A stretch of 64,000 nt of DNA. Origin: an uncultured Verrucomicrobiae bacterium (GTDB lineage: Bacteria; Verrucomicrobiota; Verrucomicrobiia; Opitutales; JABDGR01). Below the pieces are notes generated by a model. That model saw only the letters and a list, made by a program, of their open reading frames with translations. It was not told where the DNA came from and ran no database searches. Below, piece by piece: positions 50,881 to 61,649 of this stretch (positions are counted from its first letter, which is position 1; the number at the start of each line of letters is the position of its first letter). The stretch lies in NCBI GenBank assembly GCA_963765205.1, contig CAVXVB010000009.1:256001-320000 (forward strand), read 5' to 3'. A program made the position numbers and the translations under genes.

Positions 50881-52305
50881 CTAACTGCTGCCGCTGGGAT
50901 TGGCGGGCGGGGGGGGCGAACTGGGGCGGTTAAGTTTCAGTCCGAGGCGCGGGGTGGCCGGAGGCGGCGCGGCGGGCGGCGGTTCGGAGGGTTTTGCTTC
51001 TGCAGGGGCGGCGGGCGGCGGGGTTTCAGCGGATGTGGCGGGTGGCGGCGGGGGTGGGGCGTAAGGGGGCACCGGCACTGGTGGATTCGTCGGCGCGCTG
51101 CGGCTGGGCATGGAGAGTTTCGGGCGATGGGTTTCCGGCGCAGGCGCGGAAGCAGACGACGCGGCGGCGACAGGCGTGGCGGGCGCGGCCGGAGTCGCAG
51201 CACTCGCGGGCGCGTGATGCGAAGGCATCGTAAGTTTCGGGCGCGGAGCTTCCGGCGCGGGGGTTGGTGGCGCAGGAGTTGGCGTTTCCGGTGCGGGAGT
51301 TGGTGACGCGGACGCGGCGGGCGGTGGTTCGGCGGGCGCGGCCGGAGTTGCGGGTGCTTTGCGCAAAGGCACGGTAAGCTTGCGCGGTGCTTCGGGCGCG
51401 GGAGCGGGTGCCGGAATGGGCGGACGGGTGGCGGCGGGTGGAGAGGGAATGGGCGGCTGCGTCGTGCCGGATGGGGGCGCCGGGCTGGGGTGTCGCGAAC
51501 CAGGAAACGGCAATTTTTTCGACGGCAGCGGGATGGTTTTGGTCGGGGGCGGTTCGGCGGGTGTCTCGGCGGCGGCCCCGGCGGGCGCGGTCTCGCCTTG
51601 GGCGGCGGCCAATTTGGCTTCGACGGCATCGAGGGCGGGGTTGGAAACCACCGGGGCGGCCGGGACTTTGCGCTTCTTAATATCCCAAATTTTAATACCA
51701 ACTAACATAACAACCAGGCCCACGCCGACACCGACATAGGTGGGCATCGAAGACCCGGCCGGCGCGGGCGGCGGGGCCGCCGGGGCGGCGGCGGCGGCCG
51801 GCTTCGCGGTTCCCGCTGAGGCGGCGGGATGGCTGGTTCCACTGGAAGCGGCGGGCTTGGCCGTCGTGGCGGCCGAAGCGGCCGAGGGTGCCGCGGTGGC
51901 TGTGGGGGTCATACCGGCCGTTGCTGGCGCGGGGGTGGTCGCAGGGGCCGGCGCAGCCACGGGTGCGGGCGGAGCCAGCAATTTGGGCGGGATTTCCGTT
52001 GCGTGGTCGTTCACCAAAGTGATTTGGCCTTCGGCATACGTCAACATTGTCACGGCGTTGGGCCCATCCTGTTTGCCGAGAACCATGCGCGCTTGGCCGA
52101 GCTTGGCTTCAATGGCGGCCTCCGAGTCGCCGGGCTGGACGACGGCGCGGCCGGCGGCGGTGGTTGGCACGAGGGAGGGCGCCGGGGCGGTGGCGGCAGC
52201 CTGGCCGCGCGCAGGTGGGGCGATGGTGAGCGCGGCCAAGCCCAACAGCCCGGCGCAAAATAGATTCCGCCAGCCGGCGGGGGGCCATGAGCGAGAAGCG
52301 AGCAT
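50881..52305 (-). CDS. Single-pass membrane protein with signal peptide and Pro/Ala-rich regions
   Basis: Signal peptide; small domain (PGDS...I..KLG); TM YVGVGVGLVVMLVGI; PEAPRPKL-type repeats. Confidence 0.6.
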   Translation of the reverse strand: MLASRSWPPAGWRNLFCAGLLGLAALTIAPPARGQAAATAPAPSLVPTTAAGRAVVQPGDSEAAIEAKLGQARMVLGKQDGPNAVTMLTYAEGQITLVNDHATEIPPKLLAPPAPVAAPAPATTPAPATAGMTPTATAAPSAASAATTAKPAASSGTSHPAASAGTAKPAAAAAPAAPPPAPAGSSMPTYVGVGVGLVVMLVGIKIWDIKKRKVPAAPVVSNPALDAVEAKLAAAQGETAPAGAAAETPAEPPPTKTIPLPSKKLPFPGSRHPSPAPPSGTTQPPIPSPPAATRPPIPAPAPAPEAPRKLTVPLRKAPATPAAPAEPPPAASASPTPAPETPTPAPPTPAPEAPRPKLTMPSHHAPASAATPAAPATPVAAASSASAPAPETHRPKLSMPSRSAPTNPPVPVPPYAPPPPPPATSAETPPPAAPAEAKPSEPPPAAPPPATPRLGLKLNRPSSPPPPANPSGSS

Positions 52306-52470
52306 GGGACCAAGGATGCAAACACCGGATAGGGCTGTCAATCACGCCCGCGCGGTCGTCTTAACAGCCCCCTATCTGGAGCGTCGTGCTGGCCCCGCGC
52401 CAAGGAGTTGATCGGGCCTTGACAAATGGGGGTCTTGAAGGAAAATACTTCCCAGCGCCTCTTTACCCCT

Positions 52471-52929
52471 ATGAGCACTTTCAATTTAAGCGTCAACGGC
52501 GAGTCGAAGACGGTGGATGTCGAGGCGGACACGCCATTGCTGTGGGTTTTGCGCGACAGTTTGGAAATGGTCGGCACGAAATACGGTTGCGGCATTGGCA
52601 TGTGCGGCGCCTGCACCGTGCATCTTGACGGCAAGGCGCAGCGCGCCTGCCAGACCCCGATTTCGAAAGTCGGCGCGTCAAAGGTGACGACCATCGAAGG
52701 CCTCGCCAAGGACGGCAAACTGACCGCTTTGCAACAAGCCTGGTGCGACCTAGACGTGCCCCAGTGCGGCTATTGCCAGGGCGGCCAGTTGATGAGCGCG
52801 ACGGCGCTGCTCGCGGACAAGCCCCAGCCGACAGACGCGGACATTGACGCGGCGATGGCGGGCAACCTGTGCCGCTGCGCGACCTACACGCGCATTCGGG
52901 CGGCCATTCACGCGGCCGCCGCGAAATAA
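52471..52929 (+). CDS. (2Fe-2S)-binding subunit, IorA/CoxS type (copy 1)
   Basis: [29 protein letters not shown]. Confidence 0.92.
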   Translation: MSTFNLSVNGESKTVDVEADTPLLWVLRDSLEMVGTKYGCGIGMCGACTVHLDGKAQRACQTPISKVGASKVTTIEGLAKDGKLTALQQAWCDLDVPQCGYCQGGQLMSATALLADKPQPTDADIDAAMAGNLCRCATYTRIRAAIHAAAAK

Positions 52930-52965
52930 TTTCACCCCTCAACCTCCATCCACCAAGTTTATACC

Positions 52966-55104
52966 ATGAGCGCCCTCCTCGAACCCCCTCCCGCACCTCC
53001 GCCCGCCCGTGAACTGGATCGCCGCAGCTTTCTCAAGGTCAGCGCGCTGGCCGGCGGCGGGCTGATGCTTGGCAGTTACTTGCGCCTTGGCGTGGCAACG
53101 GCTGAGGCTGCGCGCGGAGGCTTTGGCGGCGGTGGGCCGTTGAACCCCAATGCCTTTGTCAAAATCACGCCCGATGGCGCCGTCACCATTGTTTCAAAAA
53201 ACCCGGAAATTGGACAGGGTATCAAGACTTCCCTGCCGATGCACATCGCGGAGGAATTGGATGTACCCTGGTCGAGTGTGACAGTCGAGCAAGCCGACGT
53301 GAGTCCCATTTTCCAAGGCCAGAATGCCGGTGGCAGCACAGCCACGCAGACCAATTATACACCCATGCGTCAAATGGGGGCGGCGGCGCGGGCGATGCTG
53401 ATTGCGGCGGCCGCGCAACAATGGGGCGTGCCTGCGGGTGAATGCACCACCGACAGCGGCACGGTCTTGCACGCGGCTTCCGGCAAGAAGGCCACTTATG
53501 GCGAACTGGCCACCGCTGCCGCGGCGATGCCGGTGCCCGCCGCCGCCAGCCTCACGCTCAAGGATCCCAAGGATTGGAAGATTTTGGGCACGCGGGTCAG
53601 CGGGGTGGATAATCCCAAGATTGTCACCGGCCAGTCGCTGTTCGGCATTGATGTCATCCAGCCCGGCATGCTGCACGCCAACTTGGTGAAATGCCCGGTT
53701 TTTGGCGGCACGGTGACGGAGGCGAATGTCAATCTTGATGAGATTAAAAAAATGCCGGGCGTGAAGGATGCGTTTCTGCTGAGCGGCAATGGCATCACCC
53801 CCGGCGTGGCGATTGTCGCCGACTCAACCTGGCGGGCCATCAGTGCGGGCAACGCCCTCAAGGCGGCGTGGGACGAAGGCTCCGGCGTCAGCCAGAACAG
53901 CCCGGGTTTTGCGGAGCAAGCCCTCGCATTGGGCAAGAGCAATCCGCCGGACACCTCCAGCCTGCCGGCCGGTGCCAAAACGGTCGAAGGCGCTTATTAT
54001 TTTCCCTATTTGTCCCACGCCACGCTCGAACCGATGAACACGACGGCGTTGTTCAAAAACGGCGCGATGGAAGTGTGGGTTCCGACCCAATCCCCCAACG
54101 CCGGTTGGGGGACCGTGCATATCCGGCGCAGCGGCGGCGGTTTTGGACGCCGGTTGAAGACGGAATATGCCAGCGAAGCGATGGCCATCGCGAGAAGGTT
54201 TGAGGGCACGCCCATCAAGCTGACTTGGACGCGCGAGCAGGACATGATGCACGACTCCTACCGGCCCGCGGCATGGCACTTTTTCAATGGCAGCGTGTCC
54301 GGCGGCAAAATTGTCGCTTGGAACGATCATTTTGTGGGCATGACCGGCGCGGGCTTTGGCGGTGGGGTGTTTCCTGATGGATTTGTGCCGGGGGCGAACA
54401 TCCAATCCAGCACGGTGCAGTGCAGCATACCGCAAGGGGCCTGGCGCGCGCCGAATGACAATGGCAATGCCTGGGCCGTGCATAGTTTCTTCGACGAACT
54501 GGCCTATGCCGCGGGGCGCGACCCGGTGGAATTGCGTTTGGAAATGCTGTCCGCCGGTGGTGGTGGCGGCCGGGGTGGCATGAGTGCCCAGCGCATGGCT
54601 GGCGCCGTGCAACTCGCCGCGCAAAAAGCCGGCTGGGGCAAAAAGCTTCCGAAAGGCCAGGGCCAGGGCATCGCGTTTTATTACAGCCATGCCGGCCACG
54701 TCGCCGTGGTGGCCGATGTCAACGTTACTCCGGATGGGGTTTTGACCGTGGACAAGCTGACTGCCGGCGTGGACGTGGGCCCGATCCTCAATGTGAGTGC
54801 CGCCGAAAACCAGGTGCAGGGCGCGATGATTGACGGCCTCGGCGCGGGCTGGTTCCTCGAAATCACGATTGATCAGGGCCGCGCGGAGCAAAATAACTTC
54901 GACGAATATCCCCTCATTACCATCGCCGACGCGCCCAAGGCGGTGGAAGTGCATTTTGCGCCCGCGGGCAACAACGGCCCGACCGGCTTGGGCGAACCGG
55001 CGCTCCCGTCCACGCTGCCCGCCGTCTGCAACGCGATTTTCGCCGCGACGGGCAAACGCATCCGCTCGCTGCCGATCTCCAAGCAAGACCTGAAATGGTC
55101 TTAA
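52966..55104 (+). CDS. Molybdopterin-binding subunit, isoquinoline 1-oxidoreductase beta (IorB) type, Tat-exported (copy 1)
   Basis: RRSFLK Tat motif; [36 protein letters not shown]. Confidence 0.9.
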   Translation: MSALLEPPPAPPPARELDRRSFLKVSALAGGGLMLGSYLRLGVATAEAARGGFGGGGPLNPNAFVKITPDGAVTIVSKNPEIGQGIKTSLPMHIAEELDVPWSSVTVEQADVSPIFQGQNAGGSTATQTNYTPMRQMGAAARAMLIAAAAQQWGVPAGECTTDSGTVLHAASGKKATYGELATAAAAMPVPAAASLTLKDPKDWKILGTRVSGVDNPKIVTGQSLFGIDVIQPGMLHANLVKCPVFGGTVTEANVNLDEIKKMPGVKDAFLLSGNGITPGVAIVADSTWRAISAGNALKAAWDEGSGVSQNSPGFAEQALALGKSNPPDTSSLPAGAKTVEGAYYFPYLSHATLEPMNTTALFKNGAMEVWVPTQSPNAGWGTVHIRRSGGGFGRRLKTEYASEAMAIARRFEGTPIKLTWTREQDMMHDSYRPAAWHFFNGSVSGGKIVAWNDHFVGMTGAGFGGGVFPDGFVPGANIQSSTVQCSIPQGAWRAPNDNGNAWAVHSFFDELAYAAGRDPVELRLEMLSAGGGGGRGGMSAQRMAGAVQLAAQKAGWGKKLPKGQGQGIAFYYSHAGHVAVVADVNVTPDGVLTVDKLTAGVDVGPILNVSAAENQVQGAMIDGLGAGWFLEITIDQGRAEQNNFDEYPLITIADAPKAVEVHFAPAGNNGPTGLGEPALPSTLPAVCNAIFAATGKRIRSLPISKQDLKWS

Positions 55105-55131
55105 ACATTTTTAACCCCAACTTTTATTCCC

Positions 55132-55590
55132 ATGAGCACATTTAATATAACGGTCAATGGCGCGGCGAAGACGGTGGACGTTGAAGATGATACGCCGCTG
55201 CTGTGGGTTTTGCGCGACAGTCTGGAAATGGTGGGCACCAAATACGGCTGCGGCATCGGCATGTGCGGCGCCTGCACCGTGCATCTTGACGGCAAGGCGC
55301 AGCGCGCCTGCCAGACGCCAATCTCGAAGGTCGGCGCCTCGAAGGTGACGACCATCGAAGGCCTCGCCAAGGACGGCAAGCTGACGGCGTTGCAACAAGC
55401 CTGGTGCGACCTCGATGTGCCCCAGTGCGGTTATTGCCAGGGCGGCCAAATCATGAGCGCGACGGCGCTTCTCGCGGACAAGCCCCAGCCGTCGGACGCG
55501 GACATTGACGCAGCGATGGCGGGCAACCTGTGCCGCTGCGCCACCTACACCCGCATCCGTGCCGCCATCCACGCCGCCGCGGCGAAGTAA
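55132..55590 (+). CDS. (2Fe-2S)-binding subunit, IorA/CoxS type (copy 2)
   Basis: Near-identical to copy 1. Confidence 0.92.
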   Translation: MSTFNITVNGAAKTVDVEDDTPLLWVLRDSLEMVGTKYGCGIGMCGACTVHLDGKAQRACQTPISKVGASKVTTIEGLAKDGKLTALQQAWCDLDVPQCGYCQGGQIMSATALLADKPQPSDADIDAAMAGNLCRCATYTRIRAAIHAAAAK

Positions 55591-55608
55591 ACAATCCCTT
55601 GTAATACC

Positions 55609-57789
55609 ATGAGCGCCGTGCTGGAACCTCCTCCGTGCCGGGAACTGGATCGGCGCAGTTTTCTCAAAATCAGCGCGCTCGCCGGCGGCGGGTTGGTGAT
55701 TGGCACGTATTTGGATTTCGGCACGGCTCCGGCCGAGGCCGCGGCAGGTGGTTTCGGTGGAGCAGCCACGCCGCCTGACCCGAACGTCTTCATTAAAATT
55801 TCGCCCGACGGCAAGGTGGCGCTGATGGCCCCGAATTCTGAAATGGGCCAGGGCGCCAAGACGGCGCTGCCGATGATCATCGCCGAGGAGCTGGACGTGC
55901 CATGGTCGAGCGTGAGCGTTTATCAGGCCGACTTGAATCCGGCGTATGGCAGTCAATCCGCCGTGGGCAGCCAGTCCACCCAGGGCAATTACACCCGGCT
56001 GCGCCAGGCCGGCGCGATGGCGCGCGCGATGCTCATTGCCGCCGCCGCGCAAAAATGGGGCGTGCCCGAATCGGAATGTTCTGCCGCGCAAGGCATCGTC
56101 ACCCACACCCCGGCCGGCCAGACGGCGACTTACGGCGAACTCGCCGCGGCGGCGGCGCTCCTGCCGGTGCCGGCCAATCCGCCGCTCAAAGACCCCAAGA
56201 ATTTCAAGCTGCTCGGCACGCGCGTGCCCGGCGTGGACAACGCCAAAATTGTCACGGGCCAGCCGCTCTACGGCATTGATCAGAAACAACCAGGGATGCT
56301 TTACGCGGCGTATGTGAAATGCCCCGTCTTCGGCGGCCAGCCCGTCAGTGCCAACCTCGATGAGGTGAAAAAACTGCCCGGCGTGAAGGATGCTTTTCTG
56401 CTCGGCAATTTGGGCAGTCTCACGCCCGGTGTTGCCATTGTGGCCGACTCGACCTGGCATGCCTTTAGTGCCGGCCAAAAACTCACCGTGCAATGGGATA
56501 ATGGCGCGGGCGTCAACCAAGGCAGCGATGATTACGCCAAACAGGCGGACGCCCTCGGCCAAAGCGCGCCCGTGACACCCGCAGACGGCGCCAGGAATCT
56601 CACCGCCGTTTATCATTATCCTTTTCTCGCGCACGCGACGCTCGAGCCGCAAAACTGCACGGCGCTGTTCAAAAATGGCGTGATGGAAATGTGGTGCCCA
56701 ACGCAGGTGCCCTCGGCCGGGCAGCGTTTGGTCACGGCGGGCCTGGGCTTGGCGGCCAGCAACGTGGTGGTGCATGTGACGCGCGTCGGCGGCGGTTTTG
56801 GCCGGCGTGGCTCGAACGAGTTTTCCCTCGAAGTTGCCGCCATTGCTCAAAAATTCGCGGGCACGCCCATCAAGCTGACCTGGATGCGTGAGCATGACAT
56901 GCAGCATGATAATTACCGTTCCAATGGCTGGCATTATTTCAACGCCACGGTGGATGGTTCGGGCAAGGTCGTGGCGCTGGCGGATCATTTTGTCAAAATC
57001 CAGGGCCAGGTCGGCGGCTATGCCGGCGGCTTTCCTTTTGCCTCGGTGCCCGGCTCGAATGTCCAACAAAGCCAGATTCCCGGCAACATTCCCACCGGCT
57101 ATTGGCGCGCGCCCGGCGACAACGGCAATTGCTGGGCGGTGCAGTGTTTTGTGGACGAGTTGGCCCACGCCGCCGGGCGCGACCCGCTGGGCTTTCAGGT
57201 GGATTTGCTCGCGGCCCAGCCCGCTGCGCCGGCCGCCGGGGGCCGTGGGGGCCGCGGTGGCGGCTCGATTAGCTCCCAGCGCATGAACGCCGTCATCAAA
57301 CTCGCCGCCGAAAAAGCCGGGTGGGGCAAACAATTGCCACGCGGCCAAGGGCAGGGCTTCGCCATCAGCTCGACCAACGGTGCGTGTGTGGCCGTCATTG
57401 CCGAGGTCACAGTTACCCACGCCGGCAACTTGCATGTGGACCGGCTCGTCGCCGCCGTGGACGCGGGGCTGATTGTCAATTTAAGTTCCGCGGAAAACCA
57501 GGTGCAGGGTGCGATGATTGACGGCCTGGGCGCGGCGTGGTTCCTCAAGGTTACCATCGCGAACGGCCAGGTCGAGCAGGACAACTTCGATGAATACCCG
57601 CTGTTGAGCATGCCCGATGCGCCGACGGTCGTGGAGGCGCATTTTATTTCCACCACCGCCGCCCCGACCGGTTTGGGCGAGCCGGCACTGCCGCCCACCG
57701 CGCCTGCCGTGTGCAACGCCATCTTTGCCGCCACCGGCAAACGCATCCGCACCCTCCCCATCAGCGGCGAAGATTTGAAATGGTCGTGA
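55609..57789 (+). CDS. Molybdopterin-binding subunit, IorB type, Tat-exported (copy 2)
   Basis: RRSFLK; EMGQG; GGGFGRR; WRAP; GLGEP. Confidence 0.9.
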   Translation: MSAVLEPPPCRELDRRSFLKISALAGGGLVIGTYLDFGTAPAEAAAGGFGGAATPPDPNVFIKISPDGKVALMAPNSEMGQGAKTALPMIIAEELDVPWSSVSVYQADLNPAYGSQSAVGSQSTQGNYTRLRQAGAMARAMLIAAAAQKWGVPESECSAAQGIVTHTPAGQTATYGELAAAAALLPVPANPPLKDPKNFKLLGTRVPGVDNAKIVTGQPLYGIDQKQPGMLYAAYVKCPVFGGQPVSANLDEVKKLPGVKDAFLLGNLGSLTPGVAIVADSTWHAFSAGQKLTVQWDNGAGVNQGSDDYAKQADALGQSAPVTPADGARNLTAVYHYPFLAHATLEPQNCTALFKNGVMEMWCPTQVPSAGQRLVTAGLGLAASNVVVHVTRVGGGFGRRGSNEFSLEVAAIAQKFAGTPIKLTWMREHDMQHDNYRSNGWHYFNATVDGSGKVVALADHFVKIQGQVGGYAGGFPFASVPGSNVQQSQIPGNIPTGYWRAPGDNGNCWAVQCFVDELAHAAGRDPLGFQVDLLAAQPAAPAAGGRGGRGGGSISSQRMNAVIKLAAEKAGWGKQLPRGQGQGFAISSTNGACVAVIAEVTVTHAGNLHVDRLVAAVDAGLIVNLSSAENQVQGAMIDGLGAAWFLKVTIANGQVEQDNFDEYPLLSMPDAPTVVEAHFISTTAAPTGLGEPALPPTAPAVCNAIFAATGKRIRTLPISGEDLKWS

Positions 57790-58433
57790 ACGACACGATC
57801 GGACTGATTCTGCTGGCCGCCGGCGGTTCCGCGCGGCTGGGCCGGCCCAAACAGTTGTTGGATTACGAAGGCCAGCCGCTGCTGCGCCGCGCCGTCGAGA
57901 CCGCGCTGGCGTCCCAATACCGGCCGGTGGTGGTCGTGCTCGGCGCGCAAGCCGAAGCCTGCGCTGCGGTTTTAGAAGGTTTGGGTGGGGACAACTTGGG
58001 CAAGGTTAGCTCGGGTAGGGACGGCGCTCCGAGCCGTCCGCTCCGCATCGTCGTCAATACGGATTGGCCGGAAGGCCTGACCAGTTCCATCCGCGCCGGC
58101 TTGGCGGCGCTTGGAAAAGAAAATCCCGCCATCACCGCGGCGATTCTCTCTGTTGCCGACCAGCCGCACCTGACCACGCCGTTGCTCGATTCGCTGATCG
58201 AGCGCCATCGCGCGACGGGCAAAAAAATCATCGCCGCGCAGTATGCCGGCGTCCCCGGCCCGCCCGCGCTTTTTTGCGCCAGCCTGTTTCCGCAACTGCT
58301 GACCCTCCGCGGCGACGAAGGCGCCCGCCGCGTGCTCCAGGCGAATCCCGGCGAAGTCGAACTCGTGCCATTTCCAGACGGCGCGCTGGATGTGGACACG
58401 CCGGAGGATTATGAAAAGCTTCAAGACGAGTGA
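57786..58433 (+). CDS. mocA: Molybdenum cofactor cytidylyltransferase (MocA-like) with an in-frame REP insertion
   Basis: [47 protein letters not shown]. Confidence 0.82.
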   Translation: MNDTIGLILLAAGGSARLGRPKQLLDYEGQPLLRRAVETALASQYRPVVVVLGAQAEACAAVLEGLGGDNLGKVSSGRDGAPSRPLRIVVNTDWPEGLTSSIRAGLAALGKENPAITAAILSVADQPHLTTPLLDSLIERHRATGKKIIAAQYAGVPGPPALFCASLFPQLLTLRGDEGARRVLQANPGEVELVPFPDGALDVDTPEDYEKLQDE

Positions 58434-58477
58434 TGAAAAACTTGGAACCTAAATCTTTCGTTAACGTCCTTTAGGAG

Positions 58478-59047
58478 CTAGGTATCTGTACTAATTTCGT
58501 CCCATTCCTGGTTGCAGTAACCGATTAACCAATTAAACCCATAGTGCCTTTCCTGAATCACTCCCGGGTTGATTCCTTGGTAAGTAGGCAAACCGTCTCG
58601 TCGCTGCGCATTTCGCACCTCCCAATGGAGCTTGTAAACACGCTCATACTCCTCATGGATTTCATTCTCGCCTCTTAGGCAGGCAGACGAAATATAATCA
58701 TGGGTGCTGGAAAATAGTGCTGGAATGGCCGCTATTACGGGGCCCATGTCGCACAAGGCGGTCATATCATTCATCCGATCAATTTTCTTCAGGGGCCAGA
58801 ACAAGGGAACTTGCGCCTCCACTTGCCAAGTAATGTTGGCGATGGTTTTTTGGTCATGGAATTCACTTTGGAGAAAACTTTTTTCCGCCGGGCTAAGTGC
58901 GGGCCATAAGTTTTGCTCATTTAGCCAGTGTTTCAAATCGCCTTTGGAGACCCCATGAGCTGCGGAAAGCACGCAGTGAAGGACAAGAGTGCGTCGGGCC
59001 ACCTCCTCAGCCGAACGCAGTTTATTTGGGATATCATCTTCCGGCAT
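58478..59047 (-). CDS. DUF4272-like hypothetical protein
   Basis: LRSAEEVARR; LSPAE..FL; W..E; ERHYGFNWL...EWDEISTDT. Confidence 0.7.
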   Translation of the reverse strand: MPEDDIPNKLRSAEEVARRTLVLHCVLSAAHGVSKGDLKHWLNEQNLWPALSPAEKSFLQSEFHDQKTIANITWQVEAQVPLFWPLKKIDRMNDMTALCDMGPVIAAIPALFSSTHDYISSACLRGENEIHEEYERVYKLHWEVRNAQRRDGLPTYQGINPGVIQERHYGFNWLIGYCNQEWDEISTDT

Positions 59048-59176
59048 GGAGTTTTACTACCAAAGCGGTCGCCAATACTCAAGATGAATGACCATGATGC
59101 AAATACACTTGAGTCGGGTGTGTAATGCTGCTTTGTAAAGGGTTGACGATTTTTCCAGATCACTTATTTTGTAGCC

Positions 59177-59338
59177 GTGAAAACGAAAACCAGCGCAACC
59201 AAGCCCCGTCGCATGAACGGCACCGCCGTCTCTCCGGCGATGTTGCGTCGTTTGCGTGTTTTGGAACGCGGACCGGGAAAAACGTTTAAGACGGCCCGTG
59301 AAGCAGTGGCTTATCTCCATGCCGTATGCGCGAAATAA
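59177..59338 (+). CDS. Short antitoxin resembling the DinJ/RelB C-terminus, no DNA-binding domain evident
   Basis: 53-aa GTG-start ORF ending GPGKTFKTAREAVAYLHAVCAK; overlaps the toxin start. Confidence 0.5.
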   Translation: MKTKTSATKPRRMNGTAVSPAMLRRLRVLERGPGKTFKTAREAVAYLHAVCAK

Positions 59339-59660
59339 GGTTCACCAAAACCTTTCTTCGCAACTGGCGTGCATTGCATCGCGCTCGCTTGGTCGGTTAT
59401 GATGATTTGGACACCGTGGTTTATCTGCTCGAAAAGGGAGAACCTTTGCCTTTGGATTTTGACGATCATGCACTCACGGACAATTACGAAGGCTATCGGA
59501 ATTTCATCTTTCAGGCGATGTGGTTGTCATTTACAAGGCATCTTTACGACGTGTGACGCTGATGGATGTGGGTGGCCACGCTGCTTTGTTTGGACACCGC
59601 AAGCACAAGCGAAAAGGCGTCCCACGTCTGCCAAAGTCCAGTGAACCAGACCAGCCCTGA
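59326..59660 (+). pseudogene. yafQ: YafQ/RelE-family mRNA interferase with a 1-bp deletion near 59499
   Basis: TKTF....; PLP...DHALTDNYEGYR; adding one G restores EFHLSGDVVVIY...DVGGHAALF. Confidence 0.75.
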
Positions 59661-59713
59661 GCGCCCCCTAAATTGGCTTGTGAAAATCTGGAAATCAGGA
59701 TTGATTCATTGCC

Positions 59714-60715
59714 ATGCCTGTTTCGACCATGGCCTCGCCGGATGCCAGCGGCCGGGTGGTGGATTACCTCCGCCTCTCCGTCACCGACCGCTGCAATGAG
59801 CGCTGCCTCTATTGCATGCCGGAGGGCTACAAGGGCTGGCAGGCGCGCGAGGACACGCTGACCGACGACGAAATCATGCGGCTGGTGCGCGTGGCCGCCG
59901 GGCTGGGCTTCAAAAAATTTCGCGTCACCGGCGGCGAGCCGCTCATCCGCAAGAACATCGTGGATTTGCTCGGTCGCATTTGGGCGGAGCCGGGCGTCGA
60001 AACTCTCGGCATTTCGACCAACGGCGTCATGTTGGAAAAACTGGCCGTGCCTCTGCGCCAGGCAGGGGTGTGCGGCGTCAACGTCAGCCTGGACGCGCTC
60101 GACTCCGCCATCTACCACCGCGTCACCGGCGGCGATTTGGCGCGCGTACTGGCGGGCATCGAGGCTGCCTGTGCTGCGGGCTTTGGAAAAATCAAGTTGA
60201 ACTGCGTGCTCATGCGCGGCGTCAACGAGCAGGAAATCTGGCCGCTGGTGGAATATGCCGCCGCGCGCCACTGCCCGCTGCGCTTCATCGAACTGATGCC
60301 ACTCACCCGGCGCGACGTGCTCAATGAGAGCAATTTTTTCCCCATTGCCGAATTGATGGAGATATTGCAGGCTCGCGATGAAGTGCAGCCGGTGGACAAG
60401 GCGGGCGAGCGCATCGGCAACGGCCCCGCGCGCTATTATCGCCTGCAACGCACGGGGGCGCTCGTCGGCGTCATCGGCGCGCTGACTGAGGCGTGTTTTT
60501 GCGAGCGCTGCAACAAAATGCGCGTCACCGCCGACGGCAAGTTGCGCCCCTGCCTCGGCGACGCCCTCGAATTCGACCTGATGCCCGCCTTGCGCGGTGG
60601 CACCGACGACGACGTGACGGCTGTCTTCCTCGCCGCGCTCGCCCGTAAACCCGCCGCCCACGGGTTTCGCGACGTGTATCAACCCGCGCGTCCGATGACC
60701 GCCATCGGCGGGTAG
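59714..60715 (+). CDS. moaA: GTP 3',8-cyclase
   Basis: YLRLSVTDRCNERCLYCM, TGGEPL, RFIELMP, FCERCNKMR.TADG..RPCL, C-terminal IGG. Confidence 0.95.
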   Translation: MPVSTMASPDASGRVVDYLRLSVTDRCNERCLYCMPEGYKGWQAREDTLTDDEIMRLVRVAAGLGFKKFRVTGGEPLIRKNIVDLLGRIWAEPGVETLGISTNGVMLEKLAVPLRQAGVCGVNVSLDALDSAIYHRVTGGDLARVLAGIEAACAAGFGKIKLNCVLMRGVNEQEIWPLVEYAAARHCPLRFIELMPLTRRDVLNESNFFPIAELMEILQARDEVQPVDKAGERIGNGPARYYRLQRTGALVGVIGALTEACFCERCNKMRVTADGKLRPCLGDALEFDLMPALRGGTDDDVTAVFLAALARKPAAHGFRDVYQPARPMTAIGG

Positions 60716-60774
60716 GTTTTTCCAGATTATCCAAGCCATACTTCCACTCCATGAAAAAGCTTGGTATCGTCTTC

Positions 60775-60846
60775 GTAGGGCGGTGTTTTTGCCCGCGCTG
60801 CTTTGCCCGGTGACGATCCCTAGCTCGGGCAAAAGCACCGCGCTAC
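60775..60846. repeat. GTAG-type REP hairpin between convergent genes
   Basis: GTAGGGCGGTGTTTTTGCCCG ... CGGGCAAAAGCACCGCGCTAC (19/21 complementary). Confidence 0.7.
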
Positions 60847-60854
60847 AAATCGAG

Positions 60855-61649
60855 TCACAAGGCCATCAGATGCTGATCCAACCCCCGCAGGGCGCGAATG
60901 CGGCGGGTGCGAATGGTTTCTTCCAGCCGCTCAAGGCTGGCCGGGACGTGGTCCTTGTTCAACTGGGGATGGTCGAGGTGAAACACCAAGGCTCGGCCGT
61001 AAACAAACTTGCGCTGCCGCCCTAGGTTATACAGCCGGGAGCAGAGATCACTGTCCTCGCCAATGCCCCAGCCTTCGTAAGTTTCATCGAAGCCGTTGAC
61101 GGCCAGGAGGTCATCGCGCCAGATAGCGAGGTTGCATCCGATCAGTCCGCGCTGTTCTTGATTGCGTCGAATCACCGGCACCGGCCAGCGGATGCCTTTG
61201 AGCAGGCCATGGACCTGCCCGGTGAGCATGAGTTGGGTCAAGCTGACTCGCCCGGCCAGCAGGTCGGGGACTTTTTTTTCCGCCACAAAGGCGCGCCGGC
61301 CTTGCACGAAGGTTCCTTTTTCGGCCAGGGCGAGGTGGTCGGCGACAAAGCGGCGCGCGGGCAGGCAATCGCCATCGAGAAACACCACATATTCGCCACT
61401 GGCGAGCGCCACGGCGGCATTGAGGATGCGCGTCTTGCGAAAGCCCTTATCCTCGTGCCAGGCGTGTTTCACGGCGAAGGGCGCCTGCTTCATCCATTTT
61501 TCGACGACGGCGCGCGTTGGCGCACCCGAGCCATCGTCGGCGATAATGACTTCATGCGGACGGGCGGTCGTGTCCGCCCCCAACCGGGCCAGGATGGCAT
61601 CCAGCGGCGCGGGATTATTATAGGTGCTGACAATCAGGCTGAGGCGCAT
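60855..61649 (-). CDS. Glycosyltransferase family 2
   Basis: SLIVSTYN, IADDGS, FLDGD, NGFDE.YEGWG..ED. Confidence 0.88.
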   Translation of the reverse strand: MRLSLIVSTYNNPAPLDAILARLGADTTARPHEVIIADDGSGAPTRAVVEKWMKQAPFAVKHAWHEDKGFRKTRILNAAVALASGEYVVFLDGDCLPARRFVADHLALAEKGTFVQGRRAFVAEKKVPDLLAGRVSLTQLMLTGQVHGLLKGIRWPVPVIRRNQEQRGLIGCNLAIWRDDLLAVNGFDETYEGWGIGEDSDLCSRLYNLGRQRKFVYGRALVFHLDHPQLNKDHVPASLERLEETIRTRRIRALRGLDQHLMAL

